A stretch of DNA of 64,000 nt from Candidatus Omnitrophota bacterium (lineage in GTDB: Bacteria > Omnitrophota > Gorgyraeia > Zapsychrales > JANLHA01), in NCBI GenBank assembly GCA_020632535.1, contig JACKFJ010000003.1:166166-230165 (forward strand). The letters are read 5' to 3'. Shown piece after piece: positions 7,444 to 16,462 of the stretch. The number at the start of each line of letters is the position of its first letter. Position 1 is the stretch's first letter. The notes beneath the pieces are model-generated. The model did not search any database and was not told the origin of the DNA. It saw only the letters and a list, made by a program, of their open reading frames with translations. The translations under genes were made by a program, and so were the position numbers.

Positions 7444-9405
7444 ATGAACCGAAATAAATCTTTTGATTATAACGAAGCCTTCAGCCGCAACATTGGCTGG
7501 GTCACGGAATGGGAACAACAACTTTTGCGCGGCAAAAGAATTGCGATCGCGGGTCTTGGCGGTGTTGGTGGGATTCATCTTCTAACATTAGCGCGTTTGG
7601 GGATTCAAAACTTCCACATCGCTGATTTAGACAAATTTGAACTTGCGAATTTTAACCGTCAGGTAGGAGCATCGGTCAGTTCACTCAATCAATCCAAAGT
7701 TGATACACTTGCCGCAATGGCCGCAGACATTAACCCCAATATTACAATCAAAACATTCTCAAAGGGAATAACCGAACAAAATATCAGTGAATTTCTCAGT
7801 GACATTGATTTATACATTGATGGTCTCGATTTCTTTGCCCTCGAAATCCGACAAAAAATATTTCAGCGCTGTCATGAATTAAAAATCCCTGTTGTAACCG
7901 CGGCACCCTTAGGCATGGGTGTGGCCTATCTTGTTTTTATGCCGGGACAAATGACTTTTCATGAGTATTTCGGCTTTGATCCAAAATCACCAGAAAAAAA
8001 CCCCGCCCGATTTCTTGCCGGACTTAATCCAGACATCAGCCATCGTACATATCTCGTGGATAAAACCGCGGCAAATTTTAAAGGTAAACGCGTTCCATCA
8101 ACAATCATTTCCTGCAATCTTGCCGCCGGAGTTGCCAGTACCGAAGCTCTAAAAATTCTTTTGAACCGTGGCACGGTCTACGCTGCGCCGTGGTATCAAT
8201 ATTTTGACGCGTATCGTAACACTTGGTCTAAAGGATATTTGTCCGGTGGTCACCGTAATTTAATACAACGGCTCCGCGTCGCTTTGGTTTCAAAAGCCTT
8301 TATCAAATTCCAAGAAAATGTTAATCCCGATTTATCATCACCGATTAAAAATGATATTGAAGCTATTCTTGATTACGCAAAGTGGACACCAAGCGGCGAT
8401 AACTCACAACCTTGGCAATTTGAAATCAAAAGTGAAAGTGAAGTTAATTTCCATTTAGAAAATGAGGGAAGTGTCTACGATTTTGATAGCAAACCATCAA
8501 TTATGACTATTGGCTTTTTTATTGAATCTTTTCGAGTGGCGGCCTCGCACTTTGGATACAATATCACATGGTCATACTCTCGTTTAACTGACAAAAAGCA
8601 TTTGGTCAATTTACACTTAATCAAATCTGCGGAAGTCAAAGAAGACAGCTTATTTCCTTTTATTAAAATTCGTAATACCAATCGAAATCCTTATACAACT
8701 AAGCCATTAACCGCCAAGCAAAGATCAATTTTAGAAGAATCTCTTGGAGAAGATTTACGAATCCGTTGGTTTGAAAGTTTTTCGCAACGTTTTCAACTCA
8801 CGGAAATATCATCCTATGCTACTTATATTCGGCTAAGTATCAAAGAAGCTTGCGCCACACACCAACATATTATTGATTATAATAATGCGTACAGTCCCGA
8901 CAAAATTCCAATCAAAGCACTTGGGATTTCCACGCCAACACAAAAACTTATGAAATTTCAAATGTGTTCGTGGACTCGTGTAAATTTAATGAACAAGTTC
9001 CTTGGCGCCGCGATTGTTCCACAAATTGAACTTAGCTATCTCCCCGGCCTGTTGTGTGCCGCGCATTATATTATCGAATGGAAGAATCCCCGAAGCCTTT
9101 ATACCTCAGAAGATTTCGTTAAAATAGGACAAAACCTACAACGATTTTGGCTAACGGCAACACAGCTTGGCCTTGCCATGCAACCTAACATTGCACCGCT
9201 GGCATTGTCCTATTACGCAATTCATAACATTTTCTTTACAGAAAATATCGCCATGCAAAAAAGAACACGAAATTTAGCTAAAATGCTAGAGCGTATCACA
9301 TCGATTGAAAACATTGTCTACTTAGGCCGCCTCGGAACGCCCATGACAACATTCATTGAATCCCGCTCGGTCCGCAAAACATTACCTGAACTTTTAAAAC
9401 CCTAG
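7444..9405 (+). CDS. ThiF/E1-like adenylyltransferase domain fused to a nitroreductase-fold domain
   Basis: The N-terminal part has RIAIAGLGGVGGIHLL...ADLDKFELANFNRQ (E1 Rossmann). From about aa 300 there is WTPSGDNSQPWQF plus a long nitroreductase-like region. It is a single uninterrupted 653-aa ORF. Confidence 0.7.
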   Translation: MNRNKSFDYNEAFSRNIGWVTEWEQQLLRGKRIAIAGLGGVGGIHLLTLARLGIQNFHIADLDKFELANFNRQVGASVSSLNQSKVDTLAAMAADINPNITIKTFSKGITEQNISEFLSDIDLYIDGLDFFALEIRQKIFQRCHELKIPVVTAAPLGMGVAYLVFMPGQMTFHEYFGFDPKSPEKNPARFLAGLNPDISHRTYLVDKTAANFKGKRVPSTIISCNLAAGVASTEALKILLNRGTVYAAPWYQYFDAYRNTWSKGYLSGGHRNLIQRLRVALVSKAFIKFQENVNPDLSSPIKNDIEAILDYAKWTPSGDNSQPWQFEIKSESEVNFHLENEGSVYDFDSKPSIMTIGFFIESFRVAASHFGYNITWSYSRLTDKKHLVNLHLIKSAEVKEDSLFPFIKIRNTNRNPYTTKPLTAKQRSILEESLGEDLRIRWFESFSQRFQLTEISSYATYIRLSIKEACATHQHIIDYNNAYSPDKIPIKALGISTPTQKLMKFQMCSWTRVNLMNKFLGAAIVPQIELSYLPGLLCAAHYIIEWKNPRSLYTSEDFVKIGQNLQRFWLTATQLGLAMQPNIAPLALSYYAIHNIFFTENIAMQKRTRNLAKMLERITSIENIVYLGRLGTPMTTFIESRSVRKTLPELLKP

Positions 9406-9469
9406 CAATACATTTACCGTAATGGACAAAACTTTTTTAGCCTTTACAGTTTCTTAAGGAGACTTGTTT

Positions 9470-10519
9470 ATGCCCTACATGACAAAATCGTATGGTACTG
9501 AAAATAAAGATACACCATTAAGCCCTTTTCAAGCCAAACGCCGCGACCCAGGGCCGTCAGATGTACAAATCGATATTCTTTTTTGCGGCGTATGCCACTC
9601 AGATATCCATCAGGCTCGTAATGAATGGCACAATACAACTTATCCCTGCGTACCCGGGCATGAAATCATAGGAAAAGTTACCAAAATCGGGAACAAAGTT
9701 AAGAAATTTAAGATTGGTGATATTGCCGGTGTTGGCTGTCTTGTGGATTCATGCCGCGATTGCCAAAGCTGTAAGGAAAACTTAGAACAGCATTGCGAAA
9801 ACGGCGCAATTTTCACCTATAACAGCCCCGAAAAACACATTGGCGGAATGACATTTGGAGGCTATTCACAAAGCATGGTCGTTGACGAAGACTTTGTTCT
9901 CAATGTTCCTAAAAATTTAGACCTCGCAGCAGCCGCGCCATTGCTTTGCGCGGGAATCACGACATATTCGCCACTGCGTCGCTGGAAAGTTGGCAAAGGT
10001 CAAAAAGTTGGAATTGTCGGGCTAGGTGGCCTCGGCCATATGGGCATCAAATTTGCAAATGCCTTTGGATCTCACGTTGTCCTCTTTACAACTTCCGAAA
10101 AGAAAAAAGAGGATGCCAAGCGCTTAGGCGCACATGACGTCGTTATTTCAACCAATGCAGCAGACATGACAAAGCATACCGGAACATTTGATTTTATCTT
10201 AGATACTGTTTGCGCCCAACATGACATCAACGCATATCTCGGGCTATTGAAACGATCCGGAACCATGACTCTCGTTGGCGCGCCAGAAAAGCCGCTAAGC
10301 CTGATCAGTTTTAATTTAATCATGCAACGTCGCCATCTTGCCGGTTCATTAATCGGCGGGCTTAAAGAAACACAGGAAATGCTCGATTTCTGCGGTAAAC
10401 ACAATATCGTTTGCGACATTGAAAAAATCCCAATTCAAAAAATTAATGAAGCTTACGATCGCATCTTAAAAAGTGATGTGAAATACCGTTTTGTCATCGA
10501 CATCGCATCATTAAAATAA
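9470..10519 (+). CDS. yahK: Zinc-dependent NAD(P) alcohol dehydrogenase, YahK/cinnamyl-ADH family
   Basis: GVCHSDIHQ, PCVPGHEIIG, the structural-zinc CRDCQSCKENLEQHC, GIVGLGGLGHMG, and the C-terminal VKYRFVIDI. It is collinear with E. coli YahK as I remember it. ATG 9470, 9 nt after AGGAG, is preferred over TTG 9464. Confidence 0.85.
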   Translation: MPYMTKSYGTENKDTPLSPFQAKRRDPGPSDVQIDILFCGVCHSDIHQARNEWHNTTYPCVPGHEIIGKVTKIGNKVKKFKIGDIAGVGCLVDSCRDCQSCKENLEQHCENGAIFTYNSPEKHIGGMTFGGYSQSMVVDEDFVLNVPKNLDLAAAAPLLCAGITTYSPLRRWKVGKGQKVGIVGLGGLGHMGIKFANAFGSHVVLFTTSEKKKEDAKRLGAHDVVISTNAADMTKHTGTFDFILDTVCAQHDINAYLGLLKRSGTMTLVGAPEKPLSLISFNLIMQRRHLAGSLIGGLKETQEMLDFCGKHNIVCDIEKIPIQKINEAYDRILKSDVKYRFVIDIASLK

Positions 10520-10524
10520 TCGGC

Positions 10525-11007
10525 ATGGAACACAAACACACAACAAGTCCATTTATCACTGTCCGCAATTCAACGATTCACGGCCGCGGAGTATTTGCGA
10601 AAATACCGATTCCCAAAGGAACACGGATCATTGAATATGTCGGTGAGAAAATCACCAAAAAAGAAGCTGATAGACGCGCCCACATTCCTCTAAATAAACA
10701 TAAAGAGGATCAATCCTGCGGCGCGGTTTATCTTTTTGAACTTAATAAAAGACATGATATCGACGGTAATGTTTCTTACAATACCGCGCGGCATATTAAC
10801 CACTCCTGCGAACCCAATGCCGAAACCGAAATTATCCGCGGTAAAATCTGGATCATCGCTTTAAGGGATATCGCGAAAGATGAAGAGATCGTTTACAATT
10901 ACAGCTACGGCTATGAAGATTATCATGAGCATCGCTGTTATTGCCGCGCGAATCAATGCGTCGGATATATTTTGGCGGAAGAGCATTGGCCCAAATTAAA
11001 GAAATGA
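10525..11007 (+). CDS. SET-domain protein (putative lysine methyltransferase), paralog 1
   Basis: IHGRGVFA, NHSCEPNAE and YNYSYG motifs, plus the post-SET-like CYCRANQCVGY. 160 aa. Confidence 0.8.
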   Translation: MEHKHTTSPFITVRNSTIHGRGVFAKIPIPKGTRIIEYVGEKITKKEADRRAHIPLNKHKEDQSCGAVYLFELNKRHDIDGNVSYNTARHINHSCEPNAETEIIRGKIWIIALRDIAKDEEIVYNYSYGYEDYHEHRCYCRANQCVGYILAEEHWPKLKK

Positions 11008-11969
11008 AATCAAAGAATCTTTTTTTACTCGGCCTCATATTATGTTTTCTGACTGCCTGTGAAACGGTCACAAAAAAAGATATCCTCTTACAAGCCCAAC
11101 GGATCAAAATCAAAGCTGCCACCGCAACAGAAAATACAAAACCAGCTTATCATGAAGAAACCAGTCCGGTAATTACTGACAACGCAACTCAAGAAACATC
11201 TAAACCAGAAACGATGACAACACATACAGAACGAGTTGAAGACACGCAAGAAGCAGAAAACATCCTCGTGCCGCAAGCGCCTCCAATCCAAGATAATTTA
11301 TCAGAATACGAACGGCTTGTTTATAAAGCCAAATATTTAGGGATTTCCATTGGCGAATTTATCGTTCAAAATAATGGCAAAACAATTCTAAACGGTCGTG
11401 AAGCGTACTCATTTGAGCTGACCGTCAAAACTTCTGTTTTTTTCAAAAAACTTTTTTCAACCAAAGACCGCTATATTTCCTACATGGACCCCAAACGATT
11501 TGTGGTTTTGCGCCATGAGGAATATATTAACGAAGGAACCAAACTCGAATCGATAATTGATTTTGATTATGAAACACATATGGCCTTTTATAAAAATGTC
11601 ATTGATCAATCAGAGCGAAAAATCAAAATTCCGGATCGAGTCCTCGACGTGCTCAGTGGCAGTTTTTACTTACGTATGTTCCGGTGGGGACTTGGTGATA
11701 CCGTTGAAATCAATCTGTACGCGGATGATATTCTCTATAATTTTCTCGGTCTACTGCATTCGAAAGCAAATGTGCAATTACCGACAAAGGAAACCCACGA
11801 AGCATTTCTTTTAAAACCATATGTGTTTAGCGACGGCAAACCAATTAAAAAGATTTCAGCTGAGGTTTTTCTTGCGACAACCGGAACAAAAAAACCCCTA
11901 CGCGCAATTCTAAAAACCCCGCTAGGAAATATTGCGGTAGTTTTATATGAGGGATTCGACGATCTATGA
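11004..11969 (+). CDS. DUF3108-like lipoprotein
   Basis: The start was moved to ATG 11004 (ATGA overlap with the SET gene stop), giving MKSKNLFLLGLILCFLTAC with a lipobox LTAC. The body (YKAKYLGISIGEF...) resembles DUF3108 beta-barrel proteins. Confidence 0.5.
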   Translation: MKSKNLFLLGLILCFLTACETVTKKDILLQAQRIKIKAATATENTKPAYHEETSPVITDNATQETSKPETMTTHTERVEDTQEAENILVPQAPPIQDNLSEYERLVYKAKYLGISIGEFIVQNNGKTILNGREAYSFELTVKTSVFFKKLFSTKDRYISYMDPKRFVVLRHEEYINEGTKLESIIDFDYETHMAFYKNVIDQSERKIKIPDRVLDVLSGSFYLRMFRWGLGDTVEINLYADDILYNFLGLLHSKANVQLPTKETHEAFLLKPYVFSDGKPIKKISAEVFLATTGTKKPLRAILKTPLGNIAVVLYEGFDDL

Positions 11970-13933
11970 AAAACCTATGGAACAACAAAGAAGCCCAAGC
12001 CTGCGGACATGATCCACTACAATTACGCGTTTATACATCGCGACTCTTGGGAAAAGATCCGTCACTGGTATTACACGGCGGGGGGAATACATCGGTAAAA
12101 ACTACCATTACCGATTTCTTTGGGGACACCCAAGAAGTGCTTTATGTCAAAGGCAGCGGCTGGGATCTTGCGAGTATTACAGAGCAAGGATTTGCCGCGG
12201 TCAAGTTAGATGCTTTAAAACGGATGGCAACTCTCAAAAATCTTTCTGACACGGATATGGTACGTCAGCAAAGAGCGGCAATGTTAAATCCAAACGCGCC
12301 TACCCCGTCAGTAGAAGCCATATTACACGCGGTCATTCCATATCAATTCGTTGATCATTCTCATAGTGACGCGATTGTAACAATTACCAATACTCCAACC
12401 GGCCACAAATTGATTAAAAGCATCTATGGGAAAAACATGCTCATTGTTCCCTATATTATGCCGGGTTTTATTTTAGCGCGGCGCATTTATCAAATGACAC
12501 GTAACTTGGATTGGAAAAAATGCGACGGCATTATTTTGCTCAATCATGGCCTATTCACGTTTGGTGATCATGCCAAAACCAGCTATGATCGCCACATTAA
12601 AATAGTCACCCAAGCGGAAAATTTTATTAAAAAACATCGCGTCAACATTGCTTTAAGCCAACCTAAGGACGTTAATTTAGAAACTTTGGCTGCCATTCGA
12701 CAATCCGTTGCCAAAGCATGGGGAAAGCCTATTATTGCTTTCTTAAAGCAAGAACCTAAATCGACTGGATTTGCAGATTTATCCAATGTCGCATCGCTTG
12801 CGAATCGCGGGACATTAACGCCCGATCACGTCATTCGCACCAAACCAAAACCAGCGATTCTCGGTGTCAACCCCTTAAAGGATATTTTAAATTACACTCA
12901 AAATTATCATTCCTATTTCAATCGCAACACCAATGGGAAACTCAAAAGCCTTGATAATGCCCCGCGCTGGGCCGTATGGAAAAAACATGGGTTAATTGCA
13001 TTTGGTCGCTCTTACAAAGATGCTATAATAACGTCCGATATCATTGATCACACTATTAAAGCAATTCAAATCAGCGAAAAATTAGGCGGGTGGAAAACTT
13101 TATCTGAAAAAAATATTTTTGAAATGGAATACTGGGAATTAGAACAGGCTAAACTTGCAAAATCAGAAAAATCTTCAACTTTGCAGGGCAAAGTTGCATT
13201 AGTCAGTGGGGCGGCGAGTGGTATTGGTCAGGCCTGTGTTGAATCTTTACTCGCTCAAGGTGTCCACGTCGCCGCGCTCGACATTAATCCCAAAATTTTA
13301 ACACAGTTCAAATCCCAAAACATCCTCAGTCTGGTCTGTGATATGACCAAGAATACTGATATTCAAAGCGCTGTTAAAACCGTCATTCGTCATTTTGGAG
13401 GTTTGGATATTGTCGTTAGCAATGCGGGCATATTTCCCCCAAGCTTAAAAATCGCCGATATGAATACAAAAACATGGGATCAAAGTCTGGCGATCAATTT
13501 AACAAGTCATCAACGATTGCTAACAGCAAGTACAAAATATTTAAAATTTGGCATTGATCCGACATTTATTATTGTTGGAACCAAAAATGTTCAAGCACCC
13601 GGACCGGGAGCGGCAGCGTATTCCGTTGCGAAAGCAGGATTGACACAAATGGCACGAGTAGCAGCACTGGAATTAGGCGCTCACGGAATTCGTGTAAATG
13701 TTGTCCATCCAAATCAAATTTTTGATACTGCCATTTGGACTCCAGACGTTTTAAAGAAACGAGCCAAAGCTTACAAAATGAGCGTCGCGCAATACAAAAC
13801 AAACAATATTCTCAAAACTGAAATCACATCCAGCCATGTGGCCGAATTGATCTGCACAATGGCTGGCCCCACATTCGCTAAAACAACTGGTGCGCAAATC
13901 CCAATTGACGGAGGTAACGACCGTGTCATTTGA
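11966..13933 (+). CDS. Bifunctional class II aldolase / short-chain dehydrogenase (rhamnulose-1-phosphate aldolase-ADH type)
   Basis: N-terminal RVYTSRLLGKDPSLVLHGGGNTSVK aldolase-type domain. The C-terminal SDR has ALVSGAASGIGQA, NAGI and YSVAKAG. Confidence 0.8.
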   Translation: MKNLWNNKEAQACGHDPLQLRVYTSRLLGKDPSLVLHGGGNTSVKTTITDFFGDTQEVLYVKGSGWDLASITEQGFAAVKLDALKRMATLKNLSDTDMVRQQRAAMLNPNAPTPSVEAILHAVIPYQFVDHSHSDAIVTITNTPTGHKLIKSIYGKNMLIVPYIMPGFILARRIYQMTRNLDWKKCDGIILLNHGLFTFGDHAKTSYDRHIKIVTQAENFIKKHRVNIALSQPKDVNLETLAAIRQSVAKAWGKPIIAFLKQEPKSTGFADLSNVASLANRGTLTPDHVIRTKPKPAILGVNPLKDILNYTQNYHSYFNRNTNGKLKSLDNAPRWAVWKKHGLIAFGRSYKDAIITSDIIDHTIKAIQISEKLGGWKTLSEKNIFEMEYWELEQAKLAKSEKSSTLQGKVALVSGAASGIGQACVESLLAQGVHVAALDINPKILTQFKSQNILSLVCDMTKNTDIQSAVKTVIRHFGGLDIVVSNAGIFPPSLKIADMNTKTWDQSLAINLTSHQRLLTASTKYLKFGIDPTFIIVGTKNVQAPGPGAAAYSVAKAGLTQMARVAALELGAHGIRVNVVHPNQIFDTAIWTPDVLKKRAKAYKMSVAQYKTNNILKTEITSSHVAELICTMAGPTFAKTTGAQIPIDGGNDRVI

Positions 13934-13966
13934 ATTTTTATACAACGATAAACGAAAGGACAAAAA

Positions 13967-14581
13967 ATGAACAAAGTATTCTTGCAATTTCTCATGACAA
14001 CACTATTCATCGTCGGAGCAACATCAAGCACAATGGCCACCGATATGAAAGACATGCCCATAAGCACAGAACACATGGCCGCGATGGAAAGCATGTTGGA
14101 ATATTCCACACCAAACGAAAATCACAAATTTCTCAGTACTTTAGCCGGATCATGGAAAGCTAAAGTAACATTTTGGATGGATCCCAAAAGTCCAGCGCAG
14201 GAAAGTGAAGGAACAGCTCAATCCAAAATGACAATGGATGGTCGTTTTCTCGAACAACATTATCATGGATCAATGATGAGCCAACCGTTTGAAGGCCGAG
14301 CAATCTGGGGTTATGATAATCTCCGCAAAGAATTTACCGGGATATGGTTTGACAGCATGGCAACTGGCGTTATGATAAGTTCAGCAAAATATGATGCCAA
14401 GGCCAAGACGTTGACAGAAGTTGGCAGCATGTCCTGTCCTATCACCAAGGAAAAGCATCGCTGGTACAAAGCAGTCACGACGATCATTGATGCGGATCAC
14501 TATACGTATGAATCGTATATGAAGGACAAAGAAGGCAACGAATATAAAGGTATGTTCATTACGTATTCAAGAGTCATGTAA
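13967..14581 (+). CDS. Secreted DUF1579-family protein
   Basis: Signal peptide, then GSWKAKVTFWMDP...MDGRFLEQHY...GYDNLRKEFTGIWFDSM, typical of DUF1579. Confidence 0.55.
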   Translation: MNKVFLQFLMTTLFIVGATSSTMATDMKDMPISTEHMAAMESMLEYSTPNENHKFLSTLAGSWKAKVTFWMDPKSPAQESEGTAQSKMTMDGRFLEQHYHGSMMSQPFEGRAIWGYDNLRKEFTGIWFDSMATGVMISSAKYDAKAKTLTEVGSMSCPITKEKHRWYKAVTTIIDADHYTYESYMKDKEGNEYKGMFITYSRVM

Positions 14582-14611
14582 ACATTTTTGTGATACCCCG
14601 AAGGGAGGCGT

Positions 14612-16447
14612 ATGAAAAAGATTATTTTGTTTTGTGCATGTTTTCTCGCATTAACCGCAACACTTCACGCAAAAGATACAACAATAAACGTCGCCAATGA
14701 AGTGGCCAATTGTGAATTAATCGGCTACCCAGAGTGGCGCGATGATTGTTATGAGGCTCTCGGGAAAAAGGTCCAAACATACTCACTGTGTCTAAAAATT
14801 TCTAATCCCGTAAAGCGCAGCGAATGTTTAGCAGCCAATCCGCCCAAATCCGATGCAGATTGTCTGGGACGAGAAAACAGCCGCGATATCGACGCCTGTT
14901 TTATCCAGTTAAAAGATGCCCGCAACGATTTAAGCATTTGCAAAAAAATTCAGGATCGCGATACTCGCAAGTCCTGTTATACCTGCAGTGGAAGTGAAGC
15001 AAAATCTGACAAAGAAAGAAATCTCTGTTTTGAATTTTTAGCCCGAAAAACTCAAGACAAAAGTGTCTGTGATATGATCGACAATAAAACCGCTAAAAAT
15101 GCTTGTATAAACGGCATGACGACCGCCATTCCGGTTGAAGGTTGCGAACAACCAGCGAATTTCACAGAATTTAAACTTTGTAAACAGTTTGCTATCGCAC
15201 AGTCAGTCATGAAAAACACAAAACCTGTTCCAGCAAAAGCCAAAGTTTCCGCGAAAACCGACGAATTGCCACAAACACGTAATATGAAAGCGGCAATGGT
15301 TACCGTCAAGAAACAAGAAAAGGCTGAAAAGCTGCAGCAATCAAAAGACGCGATAAGCGCTAAGACAGAAGCAATGAAGGACAAAGCACAAGAAGCGAAA
15401 GATGCGCGAGCCGCTAAAATCCAAGAAGCTAAAGACGCAAGAGCTGCCAAAGCGCAAGAAAAAGCCGACAAACTTCAGCAAATGAAGGATGACAAAGCTG
15501 CTAAGGCACAAGAAGCGAAAGATGCGCGAGCCGCTAAAATCCAAGAAGCTAAAGATGCAAAAGCTGCCAAAGCGCAAGAAAAAGCAGACAAACTTCAGCA
15601 AATGAAGGATGACAAAGCCGCTAAAGCGCAAGAAGCGAAAGATGCACGAGCCGCTAAAATCCAAGAAGCCAAAGACGCAAAAGCTGCCAAAGCCCAAGAA
15701 AAAGCAGACAAACTTCAGCAAATGAAGGATGACAAAGCCGCTAAAGCGCAAGAAGCGAAAGATGCACGAGCCGCTAAAATCCAAAAAGCCAAAGACGCAA
15801 AAGCTGCCAAAGCCCAAGAAAAAGCGGACAAACTTCAGCAAATGAAAGATGCCAAAGCCGCAAAGTTAAAAGAAAAAGCAGCAAAAGTCACTAAAGCTAG
15901 AACTCAATCAGCTAAAACATCCGAAATATCAACTGAGAATACAATAACGACTAACGAAGCAGTAAATATGGACGTTGAAATTCCAGTTGAAATCCCAATT
16001 GAGGAAGCTGTGGAAGAAAGTGACTTTGCTGATACCCCATCTGAAACTTCAAACAAAGATGGTGCCGATAAGCCCAACAACGATAAAGATCCTAATTCCA
16101 AAATCAATGAATCCATGAGTATGTCGCCAAAAGCGATAAAAGCACAAATAAGTGATTTTGGTTGTACGAAGGGATTTGGTGGCTGGGTTGAACCACCATT
16201 AGCAAAAAAAGTCGAAATTGCTTGCGATAAGGAAAATCTCGCGCAATTCCGTCCATTATTAAATCGCTGCACAACCACAGACCGCGACCCAACGATCATT
16301 TTATTTGATGTCAATAAAGATGGTTGCACCACGTGCGCGGATCTTCAACAATGGCAAAAAAAGGTTAACGAACTTTATAAAGCCAAAAAGCGATCGACCA
16401 ATGGCAATAACTTAAGCCTCAAGGAATGCAACGAAAGAAAGTTTTAA
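14612..16447 (+). CDS. Secreted repeat protein: Cys-rich N-terminal modules, a central K/A/Q/E 40-aa tandem repeat, an acidic linker and a Cys-containing C-terminal domain
   Basis: Signal peptide (ATLHA|KD). There are three or more D.C(Y/F)..L.......(S)(L/I/V)C..I......(R/K)..C modules, then repeats of the 40-aa unit QEAKDARAAKIQEAKDAKAAKAQEKADKLQQMKDDKAAKA. Confidence 0.6.
   Translation: MKKIILFCACFLALTATLHAKDTTINVANEVANCELIGYPEWRDDCYEALGKKVQTYSLCLKISNPVKRSECLAANPPKSDADCLGRENSRDIDACFIQLKDARNDLSICKKIQDRDTRKSCYTCSGSEAKSDKERNLCFEFLARKTQDKSVCDMIDNKTAKNACINGMTTAIPVEGCEQPANFTEFKLCKQFAIAQSVMKNTKPVPAKAKVSAKTDELPQTRNMKAAMVTVKKQEKAEKLQQSKDAISAKTEAMKDKAQEAKDARAAKIQEAKDARAAKAQEKADKLQQMKDDKAAKAQEAKDARAAKIQEAKDAKAAKAQEKADKLQQMKDDKAAKAQEAKDARAAKIQEAKDAKAAKAQEKADKLQQMKDDKAAKAQEAKDARAAKIQKAKDAKAAKAQEKADKLQQMKDAKAAKLKEKAAKVTKARTQSAKTSEISTENTITTNEAVNMDVEIPVEIPIEEAVEESDFADTPSETSNKDGADKPNNDKDPNSKINESMSMSPKAIKAQISDFGCTKGFGGWVEPPLAKKVEIACDKENLAQFRPLLNRCTTTDRDPTIILFDVNKDGCTTCADLQQWQKKVNELYKAKKRSTNGNNLSLKECNERKF
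15373..15866 (+). repeat. In-frame 120-bp tandem repeat: 4 near-identical copies plus degenerate flanks
   Basis: The 60-nt lines at 15421/15541/15661/15781 and 15481/15601/15721/15841 align column by column with only a few substitutions. Confidence 0.95.
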
Positions 16448-16462
16448 TTATAAAGCTGCCGC

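Noticed and set aside
15341-15841. 166-aa minus-strand ORF, plus the 139-aa ORF at 15052-15471, inside the repeat protein gene.
   Set aside because: They are antisense to a well-supported secreted protein gene. They stay open only because the tandem repeat is low-complexity. Their F/L/S/C-rich products are typical antisense artefacts.
15373-15866. A regularly spaced repeat array, which raised the question of a CRISPR.
   Set aside because: The 120-bp units are contiguous with no unique spacers. They are in frame within a long ORF and encode a 40-aa protein repeat. No cas genes are present.
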